Positions 10,814-22,719 are shown, counted from the first letter of the stretch. The stretch: 64,000 nt of DNA from an uncultured delta proteobacterium (GCA_963724765.1 CAVRVY010000001.1:640001-704000); one strand, 5' to 3'. Made by a program: numbers and translations. Notes: generated from the sequence alone by a model not told the origin.

Positions 10814-12010
10814 ATGCTAACGCACATGCGAATTATCGTAATCGGAGCCGGGATCGGCGGCCTCGCGGCCGCGCTGACCCTTGGGCGCTCTGGCTTTGAG
10901 GTTCAGGTGTACGAACAGGCCTCCGAATTGCGCGAGGTCGGTGCCGGCGTCCAGATGAGTCCCAACGCGACGCGAATTCTCCATCGGCTCGGACTTGAGG
11001 AGCCGCTACGCCGCTTCGGAGTGCGGCCACGCGCGCGCGTCATCCGCCGCTGGGACGACGGGCGTGAGATCGCTCGCCAGCCCCTGGCCGACGCGTGCGA
11101 GCGTGACTTCGGCGCCCCCTATTATCACTTCCATCGTGCCGAACTACTCGACGTCCTTTCCGCCTCGGTGCCGGACGGCGTGCTTCATCTTGACCATCGA
11201 TGCGTCGGATTGACCCAGCGCGGGGACCATGTCGAAGTGCAATTCCATAACGGCGGGACCGCTGACGCCGACGTTGTAGTTGGCGCAGACGGCATCCACT
11301 CCACCGTGCGTGAAGCCATCCTGGGGCCGGAATCGTCCCGCTTTTCGGGACATGTGGCCTATCGCGGGTTGGTTCCGGCGGCGCGCGTTGCGCATCTCGG
11401 GATCGAGGTTGTGGCTTCCTCATGGTGGGGGCCGGACCATCACTTCGTTCATTATTTTGTTGGCGCTGGCGCGCGCTACCTCAATTGGGTCGCGGTCACT
11501 CCCGGCGAATGGCGCATCGAGTCGTGGACCGCCAGGGGCGAAGTGGCCGATGCGCTCAGGGAATTCGAGGGATGGCATCCCACGGTCCGGGCGATTATCG
11601 GCTCGGTTGTTGCGACCAATCGTTGGGCGCTCTATGACCGCGACCCGCTCCCGCAATGGACCGTTGGACGCGTGACGCTGATGGGCGATGCGGCGCACGC
11701 AATGCTCCCCTATATGGCGCAGGGCGCGGTGCAATCGATCGAGGATGCCGCGGTGCTGGCGAAATGCCTCGAACGGGCGGACGCGCGCGATGCGGGTGTC
11801 GCCCTGCGACGCTACGAACAGGCACGCAAGCCCCGCGCATCCCGATGCCAGGAGGGCTCGCGCCGCAACGGCATCATGTACCATCTTGCCGACGGCGAGG
11901 ACCAACGAAAACGCGACGCTAACCTGGCGTCCGCTACGACCGCCCCGCTACCCCAGAACGCCGCCTGGCTCTATGGCCACGACGTCGAGGCCGAATTCGA
12001 GCAAGGGTGA
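10814..12010 (+). CDS. FAD-dependent monooxygenase (salicylate hydroxylase / 6-hydroxynicotinate monooxygenase-like)
   Basis: IGAGIGG, GADGIHS, LMGDAAHAMLPYMAQGA.Q.IEDA; start may be 10826. Confidence 0.92.
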   Translation: MLTHMRIIVIGAGIGGLAAALTLGRSGFEVQVYEQASELREVGAGVQMSPNATRILHRLGLEEPLRRFGVRPRARVIRRWDDGREIARQPLADACERDFGAPYYHFHRAELLDVLSASVPDGVLHLDHRCVGLTQRGDHVEVQFHNGGTADADVVVGADGIHSTVREAILGPESSRFSGHVAYRGLVPAARVAHLGIEVVASSWWGPDHHFVHYFVGAGARYLNWVAVTPGEWRIESWTARGEVADALREFEGWHPTVRAIIGSVVATNRWALYDRDPLPQWTVGRVTLMGDAAHAMLPYMAQGAVQSIEDAAVLAKCLERADARDAGVALRRYEQARKPRASRCQEGSRRNGIMYHLADGEDQRKRDANLASATTAPLPQNAAWLYGHDVEAEFEQG

Positions 12011-12199
12011 AATCCGCAAGCACCCGTGTCGGCGGGCCGCGCGACGGATGGTCCGGGGTCGCCGCGACCCGCCACCCCACCCCAGCGGGCTCGAACTTGC
12101 CGACCCCGGCTTAGGGCAAGCCCGAGGCCCCAGATGGCCGCAGGCTACACTCGAATCCCGCCAGCGCGGTTTTCTCCTTTCACGGCGCTGTCCGTTCTG

Positions 12200-12472
12200 G
12201 AGGGAAGCCAGACAGGTGGAACTTCGAACTTCGGTACGGCACTCGTGAATCGTGGGACAAGCTCAACGAGACCGGGCGGGCGTTGCTCACGAAGTTCGTC
12301 GCTGAGGAACTCTCGCGCATCGGCAAAGTAACGGCGGCCGAAAAACCTTTTGAACTTGGAATCACCGGGATTGCGACGCCCTTTATCGGGGTTGTCGACC
12401 TCGTTGCTGAGGTCGACGCAAAACGAACAGTGCTCGACTTCAAGACATCGGGCTCAAGCTATGCGGAGCACG
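12200..12472 (+). pseudogene. PD-(D/E)XK nuclease (RecB/Cas4-like) internal fragment
   Basis: AAEKPF...FIGVVDLV...VLDFKTS; cut at an IS3 end at 12473; 5' boundary approximate. Confidence 0.7.
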
Positions 12473-14007
12473 TGGCGTGCTCCGCAACTTCCCGCCATTC
12501 ATAAGTAGAGACCGTGGTCGATTTCGCCCTCCTGGGGCGGTTGTGTTTCCTGTCCTTTATGGTCTTACCCCTTTTGGTATCCCATTCGTAAGTTAGTGTT
12601 GTCCGAGGTTTTAGGGTCATTTTCTTCATTCCAAGTTTTTCCGGCTGCCCTTCATGATCTGAGGGCGGGCGAAAAACTGGGTAGTTTTGGATCCGAGGCC
12701 GGAGCGCATCGCGCCGCGGTGGTCAGCAGTTCTTGAGCTGGCCGAGCGGTGCGCGCCAGGGCCGAGTTCCCCTGATTGACTGCCCGTGCCGCGAATTCCT
12801 CAGGGGTGAGGTCGCCGAGGCTCGAATGTGGACGTTCCCGATTGTACTCGACGCGCCATTTTTCGATCTTGCAGCGCGCATCATCGAGCGAAACGAAAAC
12901 GTGCTCGTTGAGGCATTCCTCGCGCAACCGCGCATTGAAGCTCTCGATGTGCGCGTTCTGGATCGGCTTGCCCGGTTCGATGAACTGCGCAGTTCGGGAC
13001 CATTATCCGCCTGAATCACGCTCGGCAGACCCCGCACGGTGTGCAAACGCTCCAACACCCTGGTTACACGCTCGCTGGTAAGCGAGACGTCGACTTCGAT
13101 GGCCAGGCTCTCTCGGCTCCATTGGTCGAGCACAGCGAAGGCGCGAAACCGCCGGCCGCTGATCAGACTGTCGTGAATGAAATCGACCGCCCAGGTTTGA
13201 TTGGCCGCGACAGACCGCTCGCGCACCACGCGCAGATGGCTCAAGCGTTTGCGGCGCCGCCGTCGGCGCAGTGAAAGGCCTTCTTCACGATACAGCCGCT
13301 CGACGCGTTTGTGATTGGCGCGCCAGCCTTCGCGGCGCAGCACCAGGTAGAGCATCGGACAACCCCAACGCCGTCGTTGCTCGGCTAACTCCCGCAGCCG
13401 TTGCCGCAATTGATGATTGCGATCTTCTGCCGGGGCCCGCTGGAAACCGCGCCGCGTGATGCCGATCAGCCCACACGCGCGACGCTGCGACAGAGCATGC
13501 GTGGTCATAACTTCCGCCACCATCGCGCGCTTCACAGCGGGCCGTAACCGTTTTTTGCCAGCACGTCCTTCAGCGCTCGAATATCCAGCGCCTGGTCCGC
13601 CACGATCGACTTCAGCCGTCGATTCTCTTCTTCCAGCTGCCGCAGGCGGCGCATCTCTGAGATCTCCAGCCCGCCGTACTTGCTGCGCCAGGTGTAGAAG
13701 GTCGCGTCCGAGATCCCGTGACGCCGACACAGCTCTGTCACCTTCCCGCCGGCCTCGGCCTCCTTCAGAATCGAGATGATCTGTTCTTCGCTAAACCGTG
13801 CTCGTTTCATGTCTGCCTTCCTTCCCGGCAGACACTAACTCATCGGTGGCATACCTGTAGGGGGAAAGACCATTTAAGCACCGCGAACTCGTTTGGCGTC
13901 AAGGCTCCGAGGCTGCCGTGCGGACGGAGGTGATTGTAGTCGTAGCGCCACGCTTCGATGGTCTGGCGCGCCTCGGTGAGACTGAGGAACACGTGCTCAT
14001 TGAGGCA
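12473..14007 (-). mobile_element. older IS3-family 3' remnant (12473-12559 plus 13873-14007) split by a second IS3
   Basis: CLNEHVFLSLTEARQTIEAWRYDYNHLRPHGSLG...K continues across the inner IS as GQETQPPQEGEIDHGLYL*; right end ...GCGGAGCACGCCA. Confidence 0.8.
12560..13872 (-). mobile_element. IS3-family element with both ends: orfA 13532-13810, orfB via -1 frameshift, internal deletion in orfB
   Basis: IRs TGGTCTTACCCCTTTTGGTATCCCA / TGGCATACCTGTAGGGGGAAAGACCA; TTTA duplication on both sides; A6C slippery site 13550-13556; DNGPELRS joins out of frame to FIEPGKP near 12985. Confidence 0.92.
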
Positions 14008-14945
14008 TATATGGACCCAGCCTCGGCGCAAGGCTATTTCTCGATGCTGAGAATCGGTTGCTCACATATATCCGGCCTTCTGCTGGGGTTACACTTTGGT
14101 ACCCCTGGCCCTGATGGAATCCGCGCACTTTCACCTCGTCACTCCTGCGGCCTCATGGGCCTGCCTCAACTCAGGTTTGGAAAGTGCCGGTCTGACCGGT
14201 TCGCCATCATCGCTGAAACCGCCTGCGCAATCTGGGGTTGGTAATAGCCGTTTTCCGCCCGCGGTCCCCTCAACCAACTTGGGGGATGCGGGCGGAAAAC
14301 GGCGCTGGTCGATAACTCTCACCCTTGGTGAGTAGCGCCCACAGCACGCGCGCGTTGCGGTTGGCGAGCGCGACCGCCGCCACGTTTGGTCCCTGACGGC
14401 CCTTGAGCCGGCTGATCGAGACGCTACGTGGATCCTTTCGGCCTTCCACGGTGCGCACTGCCGAGCGTGCCCCATGGATGAGGAGGGTTCGCAAATAACG
14501 GTCGCCGCGTTTGCTGATTCCGAGCAAAACCGTCCTGCCCCCGCTGGAGTGCTGACGCGGCACCAGGCCCAGCCACGCGCTCAATTCCCGACCGCTCTTG
14601 AACTCATGCGCGTTGCCCACCGCCGCCACCAGTGCGGTCGCGATCAGCGGTCCGACGCCTTCGACCTGGGCCAGACGCTGGCAGCGCGTTCATCTTGGCC
14701 AAAGACGCGCGCCACACGCAGATCGTACTGCCGAATGCGTTCGTCCAAACCCCGTAACCGCTCCGCCATCTCCACCAGCATCCCGCGGAACAGTCCGCTT
14801 AGTCCATTCTCGACATCATCGAGTATCACTGGCAGCATCCGGCGCAAGGGCGCGATGCCTCTGGTAACTACGATCCCATATTCGGCCAGCAGGCCGCGGA
14901 TCTCGTTGGCCAGCGCCGTGCGCCACTTGATGAGCTGAGCGCGAA
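14008..14945 (-). mobile_element. IS110-family (IS1111-type) element, 3' portion; transposase frameshifted and 5'-truncated
   Basis: FKSGRELSAWLGLVPRQHSSGG, GISKRGDRYLRTLLIHGA, AAVALANRNAR; ~260-bp right non-coding region; sub-terminal repeat GGCTGGGTCCAT followed by ATA. Confidence 0.88.
14020..14269 (-). ncRNA. putative IS1111 seekRNA/bridge RNA region
   Basis: Downstream of the transposase; stem GCACTTTC/GAAAGTGC encloses GTTGAGGCA and GTGACGAG, the first matching the observed target flank; boundaries approximate. Confidence 0.7.
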
Positions 14946-14957
14946 TCCGATGGGCGT

Positions 14958-15992
14958 ATGGTAATGAAGCGGCCGATGGTGGCCTTTCTGAGCCAGCTGC
15001 TGCTTGCTATCCGGTCGCGGTTCACGGGGCGCGCGCGGCTTGAGGCCGAGAATCTCCTCCTGCGCCAACAACTGGTAGTTCTACGGCGCAAGTCCCCGAC
15101 GCGCGTAAGACTGTGGAACATCGATCGCCTGCTGTTGGTATGGCTGTATCGACTTTACCCGTCGCTCCTGGACGCCATCATCATCGTCCAGCCGGAGACC
15201 GTGCTCCGCTGGCACCGACGTGGTTTCCGCGCCTACTGGCGCTGGAAGTCCCGCCACGTCGGCGGCCGTCCACGGATCGATACCGAGTTTCGAGCGCTGA
15301 TCCGGCGGATGAGCCGCGAGAACCCGCTGTGGGGCGCACCGCGGATCCACGGCGAATTGTTGATGCTTGGCATCGAAGTCGCTGAATCAACCGTCGGCAG
15401 GTATATGGTCCGGCGCCGCCGACCACCGTCCCAAGGTTGGAGGCCTTTCCTGCGCAATCACGCTGCGGGCATCGCTTCGCTGGATCTGTTCATCGTACGC
15501 ACGATCTCGTTCAAGCTGCTCTACGGTTTGGTGATCCTGCGTCACGCCCGCCGGCGGCTCGTAACAATCAGCGTCACTTCCAATCCGACCGCCGAGTGGA
15601 TCGCAGGTCAGGTAACGGACGCGTTTCCCTGGGACGAAGCGCCGCGTCACCTGATTCGCGACCGCGACGGGGCCTTCGGCCCAGCCTACACCCATCGCAT
15701 TCGGGCAATGGGGATCCGTGATCACCCGACCGCTCCGCGCTCACCGTGGCAGAACGGCCACGTCGAGCGCCTCATAGGCTCGATCCGGCGCGAATCTGTC
15801 GATCACCTGGTAGTGTTCGACGAAGCGCAGTTGCGTCGCGTTCTGAAGAATTACGCTTCCTATTACAACCAGGTCCGGACGCACCTCTCATTGGACAAGA
15901 ATGCGCCGGACTTTCGGCGCCCCCAGAAGCTCGGCTCCATCGCATCCATTTCAATTCTGGGTGGGCTGCATCACCAATATGTCAGGGTTTAG
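14958..15992 (+). CDS. integrase core (rve) domain transposase
   Basis: LEAENLLLRQQL, PETVLRWHR, ENPLWGAPRIHGEL, LIRDRD, SPWQNGHVERLIGSIRRE, LGGLHHQY. Confidence 0.9.
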   Translation: MVMKRPMVAFLSQLLLAIRSRFTGRARLEAENLLLRQQLVVLRRKSPTRVRLWNIDRLLLVWLYRLYPSLLDAIIIVQPETVLRWHRRGFRAYWRWKSRHVGGRPRIDTEFRALIRRMSRENPLWGAPRIHGELLMLGIEVAESTVGRYMVRRRRPPSQGWRPFLRNHAAGIASLDLFIVRTISFKLLYGLVILRHARRRLVTISVTSNPTAEWIAGQVTDAFPWDEAPRHLIRDRDGAFGPAYTHRIRAMGIRDHPTAPRSPWQNGHVERLIGSIRRESVDHLVVFDEAQLRRVLKNYASYYNQVRTHLSLDKNAPDFRRPQKLGSIASISILGGLHHQYVRV

Positions 15993-16145
15993 GTTTTGAC
16001 TAAGCATAGGTGGTTATCTAACCGGCACCGCTCCGGTAACAAGAATTGGAGTCAATGCGCGCCGAGATCGACGAGTTGCGTCTATCGCGCCGCGGGACTA
16101 AGAAGTCGTGTTTGGAGAGATAAAAACGGAAATCCAGGATAAATT

Positions 16146-16595
16146 ATGAAAAAGACCGATGAACTGGTGCGTGAGCTTGCTGACCGCGAGGCCATCCGCG
16201 ATCTTCCCATCCGCTACTGCGACTGCCTATGCCGAAATGATCTGGAAGGCCTAGTGAGTCTCTTCACCGAGGATGGCAGTTTCATCGTAAAAAACCCCGA
16301 GAATGAAGTCGTTACGCGTGGCCGCACAGAACTTAAGAAAATGTACGAAAATCTGGTCAGCGACGTGCACCCCCGGCCCTACACCCACACTCACGTCGTC
16401 GAATTGCGCAGCGGGGACAGCGCGACTGGCCGATGCTACATCGAGATGCGCAGCGCGAAGCTCGAGATGGAGTGGCTCGGCTCAGGCTACTACGAAGACG
16501 ACTACACAAAAGTACGCGGGGAATGGAGATTCGCCTCTCGCCGCCTCATCGAAATCGGCATGGGCCCATCGTTAAGAACCTTCATGGTGAGTTAG
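16146..16595 (+). CDS. NTF2/SnoaL-like family protein
   Basis: LADREAIRDL...Y, LFTEDG, GYYEDDY...GEWRFASR. Confidence 0.88.
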   Translation: MKKTDELVRELADREAIRDLPIRYCDCLCRNDLEGLVSLFTEDGSFIVKNPENEVVTRGRTELKKMYENLVSDVHPRPYTHTHVVELRSGDSATGRCYIEMRSAKLEMEWLGSGYYEDDYTKVRGEWRFASRRLIEIGMGPSLRTFMVS

Positions 16596-16650
16596 ACTGA
16601 ACTCCGCCACACCGCCGGTCCCTCGCGCAGCAGAGGGAGCGGGACCACCC

Positions 16651-17040
16651 TCAATGCTTATTGCGCGGGTCGTCCGACGGGTTCACGTAGGTGAACGCGA
16701 AAGGAGCCAAGCCGTGCACCTGGATGGTGGTCGGGCCTTGCGCCCATGCGTAGTGATGCACGTCTTTCGGCATGCACACGAATCCGCCGGCTTTCAGAAG
16801 ACTTCCACTCGACCTGTCAAACTTGTCTCCCATCCCGGCGCCCAGCGTCCCGCTGAGCACGGTCACGTTCTCGTCCGTTGGATGCCAATGGGGCGGGATC
16901 TTGTAGCCAGCGGGCATTTTCAGCCGCAGCGTGTATGAACCGCTGCTCGCCAACGGATTGCCGTCCAACACGGCGGCCTCGGCGCCTTTCGGGACCACGG
17001 GCGGGGCCGGCGCCCATAGGATCGCTTTGGGAGACGGGAT
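16651..17040 (-). CDS. cupin-domain protein (DUF4437-like), 5' end probably lost
   Basis: W.PAPPVVPKGAEAAVLDGNP, KIPPHWHPTDENVTVLSG, HHYAW; upstream sequence looks unrelated. Confidence 0.72.
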   Translation of the reverse strand: MPSPKAILWAPAPPVVPKGAEAAVLDGNPLASSGSYTLRLKMPAGYKIPPHWHPTDENVTVLSGTLGAGMGDKFDRSSGSLLKAGGFVCMPKDVHHYAWAQGPTTIQVHGLAPFAFTYVNPSDDPRNKH

Positions 17041-17355
17041 CGGATCGCATCTGCGGACGGAATAATCCGCGTATGTCTCTTGCCAATAGCCCGCATGCTC
17101 CGCGCCGTGCAGGGCCGATAGACAGTCTTCAGTGCCCGGCCGAGGTTCCTCGATGCGCGCCATCTGGCGCACTCCAAGCGTGTCCGACGACGTAAGTCAG
17201 GCGCAACTGCGGCGAAAGAACCGCCTGGATGCTCGCAATGCACTTCGGTCCACAGACGATCAAGATTCATCTAGCAAGCCATAGTACGTGGTGCTGGAGT
17301 AACACGCTCTCCAGCCAACAACTGGTCCTGTTATAAACTCCTACGGGTGTCGACA

Positions 17356-19101
<1,746 letters not shown>

Positions 19102-19246
19102 GCTTCCTAAGCTTTCGTCCCGGCCGGCCTCACTACCGGCTGGTCTTCTGAGTGGCACGACGCGCATCGATCCGGGTCTCCGCTCTGCCGAGTCACTCTC
19201 CGGACCTTGCGTTGCTGTATCGGTCGGTGTTCCGAAATCCTTGATT

Positions 19247-19400
19247 ATAGGTTCGATTCGCCGCGAGTTTCTGGACCACATGGTCATCTTCAACGAGCGC
19301 CATTTACGTCGCGTCCTGTCGCTTTACGTTGACCAATGCGGATCAAGCGGCGAGCCGTTCGTAGCGATGATGCAGTCCGCCGACCTGCGTTATGGCGGTG
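19247..19400 (+). mobile_element. small remnants of an rve integrase-core element
   Basis: [24 protein letters not shown] is homologous to the C-terminal part of 14958-15992; followed by a [11 protein letters not shown] segment. Confidence 0.7.
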
Positions 19401-19628
19401 ATACTTCGCTTCTTTTGCGAGAGTACGAAAGCGACGCTGGTACCCCTCGCAAGTCGCCTTTACTGCGGGCAAATCTTGACGAAGGAAGGCGCTGCCCACA
19501 TCCCGCTCGAATTCGTCGAGAAGCGCCTCCGCTCGCGCGGGTGACAGCTCGTCGCTCAGTGCGTCAATTTCAGACAGAGCGGCGCGCAGCAGACCGTTGG
19601 CTGCTTCGTCATCCCATCGGTCGTTCAA
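19290..19628 (-). CDS. hypothetical protein (3' end overlaps rve remnant)
   Basis: protein-like helical composition in the first ~75 aa; no recognised motif. Confidence 0.35.
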   Translation of the reverse strand: MNDRWDDEAANGLLRAALSEIDALSDELSPARAEALLDEFERDVGSAFLRQDLPAVKATCEGYQRRFRTLAKEAKYHRHNAGRRTASSLRTARRLIRIGQRKATGRDVNGAR

Positions 19629-19787
19629 CTCAAACCTCTCAAGCGGATCACGTCGGTCATGTCGAGGCGGCCGTGCGAGATGTGGGTGGCCGCAGCGACG
19701 AAACCATTATAACAGGTGGGCAGCGCGATTCGGGCGCGTCCATCTGCAAGATAGCTAGCAAAGAAAACGTGGGACTCCCCTTGTCAC

Positions 19788-19825
19788 CTGCGTACCTGCG
19801 GCGCAAAAGCGCCGCAGGTACGCAG
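19788..19825. repeat. perfect 17-bp hairpin
   Basis: CTGCGTACCTGCGGCGC-AAAA-GCGCCGCAGGTACGCAG. Confidence 0.9.
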
Positions 19826-19830
19826 TCTGT

Positions 19831-19988
19831 TCAGGCTTCGAAATAGCTCGGCTGGTCGATATCGGCGATAATCCCGGGCTGTTCGGCTCCCAGCCCAGCA
19901 GCGCCCGGGTACGCACGTTCGAGGCCGGGACATCCATTCCTGCGAACAGCGCGAACCAGGTAAGATAGTCGGTTAAATCATGCGCCAC
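19831..19988 (-). pseudogene. NAD-dependent epimerase/SDR C-terminal fragment
   Basis: WFALFAGMDVPAS..RTRALLGWEP then shifted DIDQPSYFEA*. Confidence 0.65.
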
Positions 19989-20100
19989 TTTGCCAAGGTT
20001 GCGAATGCGTTGTCTGGCCTAAGGTCAGCCTTAAGGGCCAACTCCAAGACGGAGACGCTATCCAAATCGACCCGATAATCTTCGACCTCGCTTGTCGAGC

Positions 20101-20945
20101 CATGCGGGCTGAAGCTCCATCGCTGCGAGCAACGAAGCCAGTCGCCAGACACTTACGGGTAAGCTGTTTGACGAAAGCGGCCTAAGCCTGACGCCGAGTC
20201 ATGCCGTGAAGGGTGAGCGGAGATACCGCTACTACGTGTCGCGCAGCCTGATCAGAGGGACAGGTGATTCGACAAGACGCGGTTGGCGCTTGCCAGCACC
20301 AGAGATCGAGCGAAGTGTTACCGCCGCGGCCTGCAAGATGTTGAGTGACCAGACCGCAATCGCAACCGCCGCTCAGGCGATTGGTCTCGCTGAGAATCGA
20401 CTTCCATCCGTTTTCACTCTGGCGCAAACCTGGAGACAGCGCCTGCAATCGGAAGTCGAAGCCGGAGCCGCCCTGACTACCTTGGTCCTGCGCATCGACC
20501 TGAGCGATTCGGGCATCCGATTAGCGCTCAAAGTGCCGATAGTCGACGGCGGCGTGCAGCCCGTTGTGAACGCCACCGAACTGATAATCCAGTGCGATGT
20601 TCCGATGCAGATCAGCGGCGTGGTGTCGAAATGCGTCTGGTCATCGAAGGCAATCGCACGGCGCCACGAGTCGAATTGGCACTGTTGAAGGCCGTTGCCC
20701 GGGCGCATCATTGGTCGGACGATCTGCTGAGCGGGCGATTGCCGTCAATTGCGAGACTTGCTGAGCGTGAAGGGGTCAGCGCGCGGTACGTCAGACGATT
20801 GATGCGATTGGCATTCCTGGCGCCGAAGATCGTCGAAATGATAGCGGCCGGTAGGCAGGCGCCAGAGCTAACTGCCGAGGCCTTGGGCGAACGGATCGAT
20901 CTCCCGCTCCTTTGGACTGCGCAAGAAGAAGCTTTGGGCGTCTGA
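20101..20945 (+). pseudogene. large serine recombinase C-terminal half, frameshifted
   Basis: LTGKLFDESGLSLTPSHAVKGERRYRYYVS...LLKAVARAH...RLAFLAP...GRQ; homologous to 23804-25498; frameshift near 20613. Confidence 0.88.
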
Positions 20946-21183
20946 GAGTCCGCACAGGTTCGATTACCGCCGCACTTTACGGCTGGCGAGTTGTTCAAAT
21001 CGGACCCATTGGGCGCCGCGAATGGATGGAACCGTCTCACTCGCCAACAGAGAAATCAGCCGCGTGTTGCGCGCAAACTATCGGAAACCGACTTTCTCCG
21101 GCGCCGCCAGACGCCTGAATGAAGCCGCAACTGCGCGCTATTTCGGCCAGCTGGGCGGAGAATCCGTGGGGACTAGGACTCGT

Positions 21184-21217
21184 TGGCGGAGCGGATGAAT
21201 TCAAACCCTCAGTACCG
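21184..21217 (-). repeat. degenerate tRNA-Ser 3'-end copy (att junction J1)
   Basis: TGGCGGAGCGGATGAATTCAAACCCTCAGTACCG vs tRNA strand TGGCGGAGAGGGAGGGATTCGAACCCTCGGTACCG at 34570. Confidence 0.8.
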
Positions 21218-22076
21218 ATTGTCCGGTCGCTAAAATAGGCGGTCCGATCCGCCTGATTATCGTGGGTATGTCCGGGGTTTTGGAGTTATGTAGGGTTACT
21301 TCTTTCCGCCACCTGTGCTCGGCTGTGATCGTCAGCAGCTTCTGGTGCGAAATCAACGGCGCCACATATTGCACGATTTGTAGAGCTGAGCCCACCAAGA
21401 GGAGGAATGCTCCGTAACCACCTAGCGCCCGATCTGGTAGGTTGTCGACCCACCATTCGACTGGTGGGCTGAGAATGGTAATCGCAGTGTTCAAAACGCC
21501 GGCTACCATGCCAATCTGAACACCGTAGAGAAGTGCCTCGGAACGCCCAGTCAATGCTCCGCTGACCACGCCAGCAATACCAATCAGTCCTCCTCTGACG
21601 ATTCCACCCCCTACCAAGCGCCGCTCGAGCTGGGGCTTCTGATAAATGCGATAGGTGTTCGTACCCAAGCCGAACTTGTATGCAATGTGCATCGCGAATG
21701 CGCTCAAAATGCCGAAGGCGATCCCGAAATTACGGCCAACAGTGAGCCATTCCGCCATTCCAAATGACAATCCCCTGATAGACGCGAAAACAGCCCACTC
21801 GGTGCTGGAGGCCTTAACGCCGGCCGCGCGTCGCGCTGGCTGAAACTCGACCGTTGGACCCAAGACCAATGCCCCGGCCAAACCGAACCATGTGCCGAGC
21901 AAGGCCGCGTAGCCGAGGCCGAAAATAGCGGAATAGGTCAACAGGCGCGAAAGTACCCGCAAAGGGCCGTGTTTAGCCCCAAGCAGATCGTTAGCCAAAT
22001 AGAGTCCGCCCAAAGCGTCGAACACTACTCCCGTCATGCTCAGAAGCGGAACGATTTTCGAAACGCCGACCATCAC
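21201..22076 (-). CDS. hypothetical multi-pass membrane protein
   Basis: 291-aa ORF with many Gly-rich hydrophobic segments; lower GC than flanks. Confidence 0.7.
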   Translation of the reverse strand: MMVGVSKIVPLLSMTGVVFDALGGLYLANDLLGAKHGPLRVLSRLLTYSAIFGLGYAALLGTWFGLAGALVLGPTVEFQPARRAAGVKASSTEWAVFASIRGLSFGMAEWLTVGRNFGIAFGILSAFAMHIAYKFGLGTNTYRIYQKPQLERRLVGGGIVRGGLIGIAGVVSGALTGRSEALLYGVQIGMVAGVLNTAITILSPPVEWWVDNLPDRALGGYGAFLLLVGSALQIVQYVAPLISHQKLLTITAEHRWRKEVTLHNSKTPDIPTIIRRIGPPILATGQSVLRV

Positions 22077-22199
22077 GCGACCCGCAGAACCAGCGCAAGA
22101 TGATTACGATCGTGAGCCCGACCTGTCTAGTTCGAAAAGAGAGCCGGCGTCGCGGCACCAGCGTCTAGCCGGTGCCGTAGGGTTCACTAAAGAAATTCT

Positions 22200-22446
22200 G
22201 TGGCCAAGATCGCGAAATTCACGCCATATGCGCGTCATTAGGCCTAGTCTGGCGATTCCGCCGTTTCGCCGGCTGCTGACTCCGCGCGCAATTTCGCCCT
22301 TCACGGATGAGATGAACGACCTCGAAGCGAAGTTCTGTGAACCGGCTTTCCGTGCCTCGCTCGAGTTCCTGGACTTCACCGATGACGGCTATCTACGCCA
22401 TCCAGCTTTCCAACGGTTCGCTGACGAGCTTTTCAGCAAGGTTTGA
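22200..22446 (+). pseudogene. ATP-dependent DNA ligase (LigD-type) C-terminal OB-fold fragment
   Basis: SPF...AKFCEP...LEFLDFTDDGYLRHPAF; 5' boundary approximate. Confidence 0.65.
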
Positions 22447-22694
22447 CTTAACCGCGCGCCGGGGGTCCCCAACTCGCGAGCGCGAGGCTCCGCGCATAAG
22501 CGCTAGCTGAATCATTGCTTCGTCCGAGCGGGCTGGCGTCAAAAGCCTTTACTGACGTTAGACTTTCGCTCCGGCGGAGAGTAATTCCTCGCGTCAGAAA
22601 AAACTCCCGCGAGGTCATCTCAATGCAAGGTGTCCTTCAGGCGCTCCACTCGTTCGCGTGGCCCGTGGCGATCGTCAATGTGAAGCGCTTTAGG

Positions 22695-22719
22695 TGGTGG
22701 AGGCGGGGGGAATTGAACC
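22695..22719 (-). other. tmRNA (ssrA)-like 3'-end fragment; att scar
   Basis: reverse complement GGTTCAATTCCCCCCGCCTCCACCA (T-arm plus acceptor ending CCTCCACCA). Confidence 0.65.

Noticed and set aside
12200-12504. Cas4 gene
   Set aside because: Only a generic PD-(D/E)XK fragment with no Fe-S cysteines and no other cas genes.
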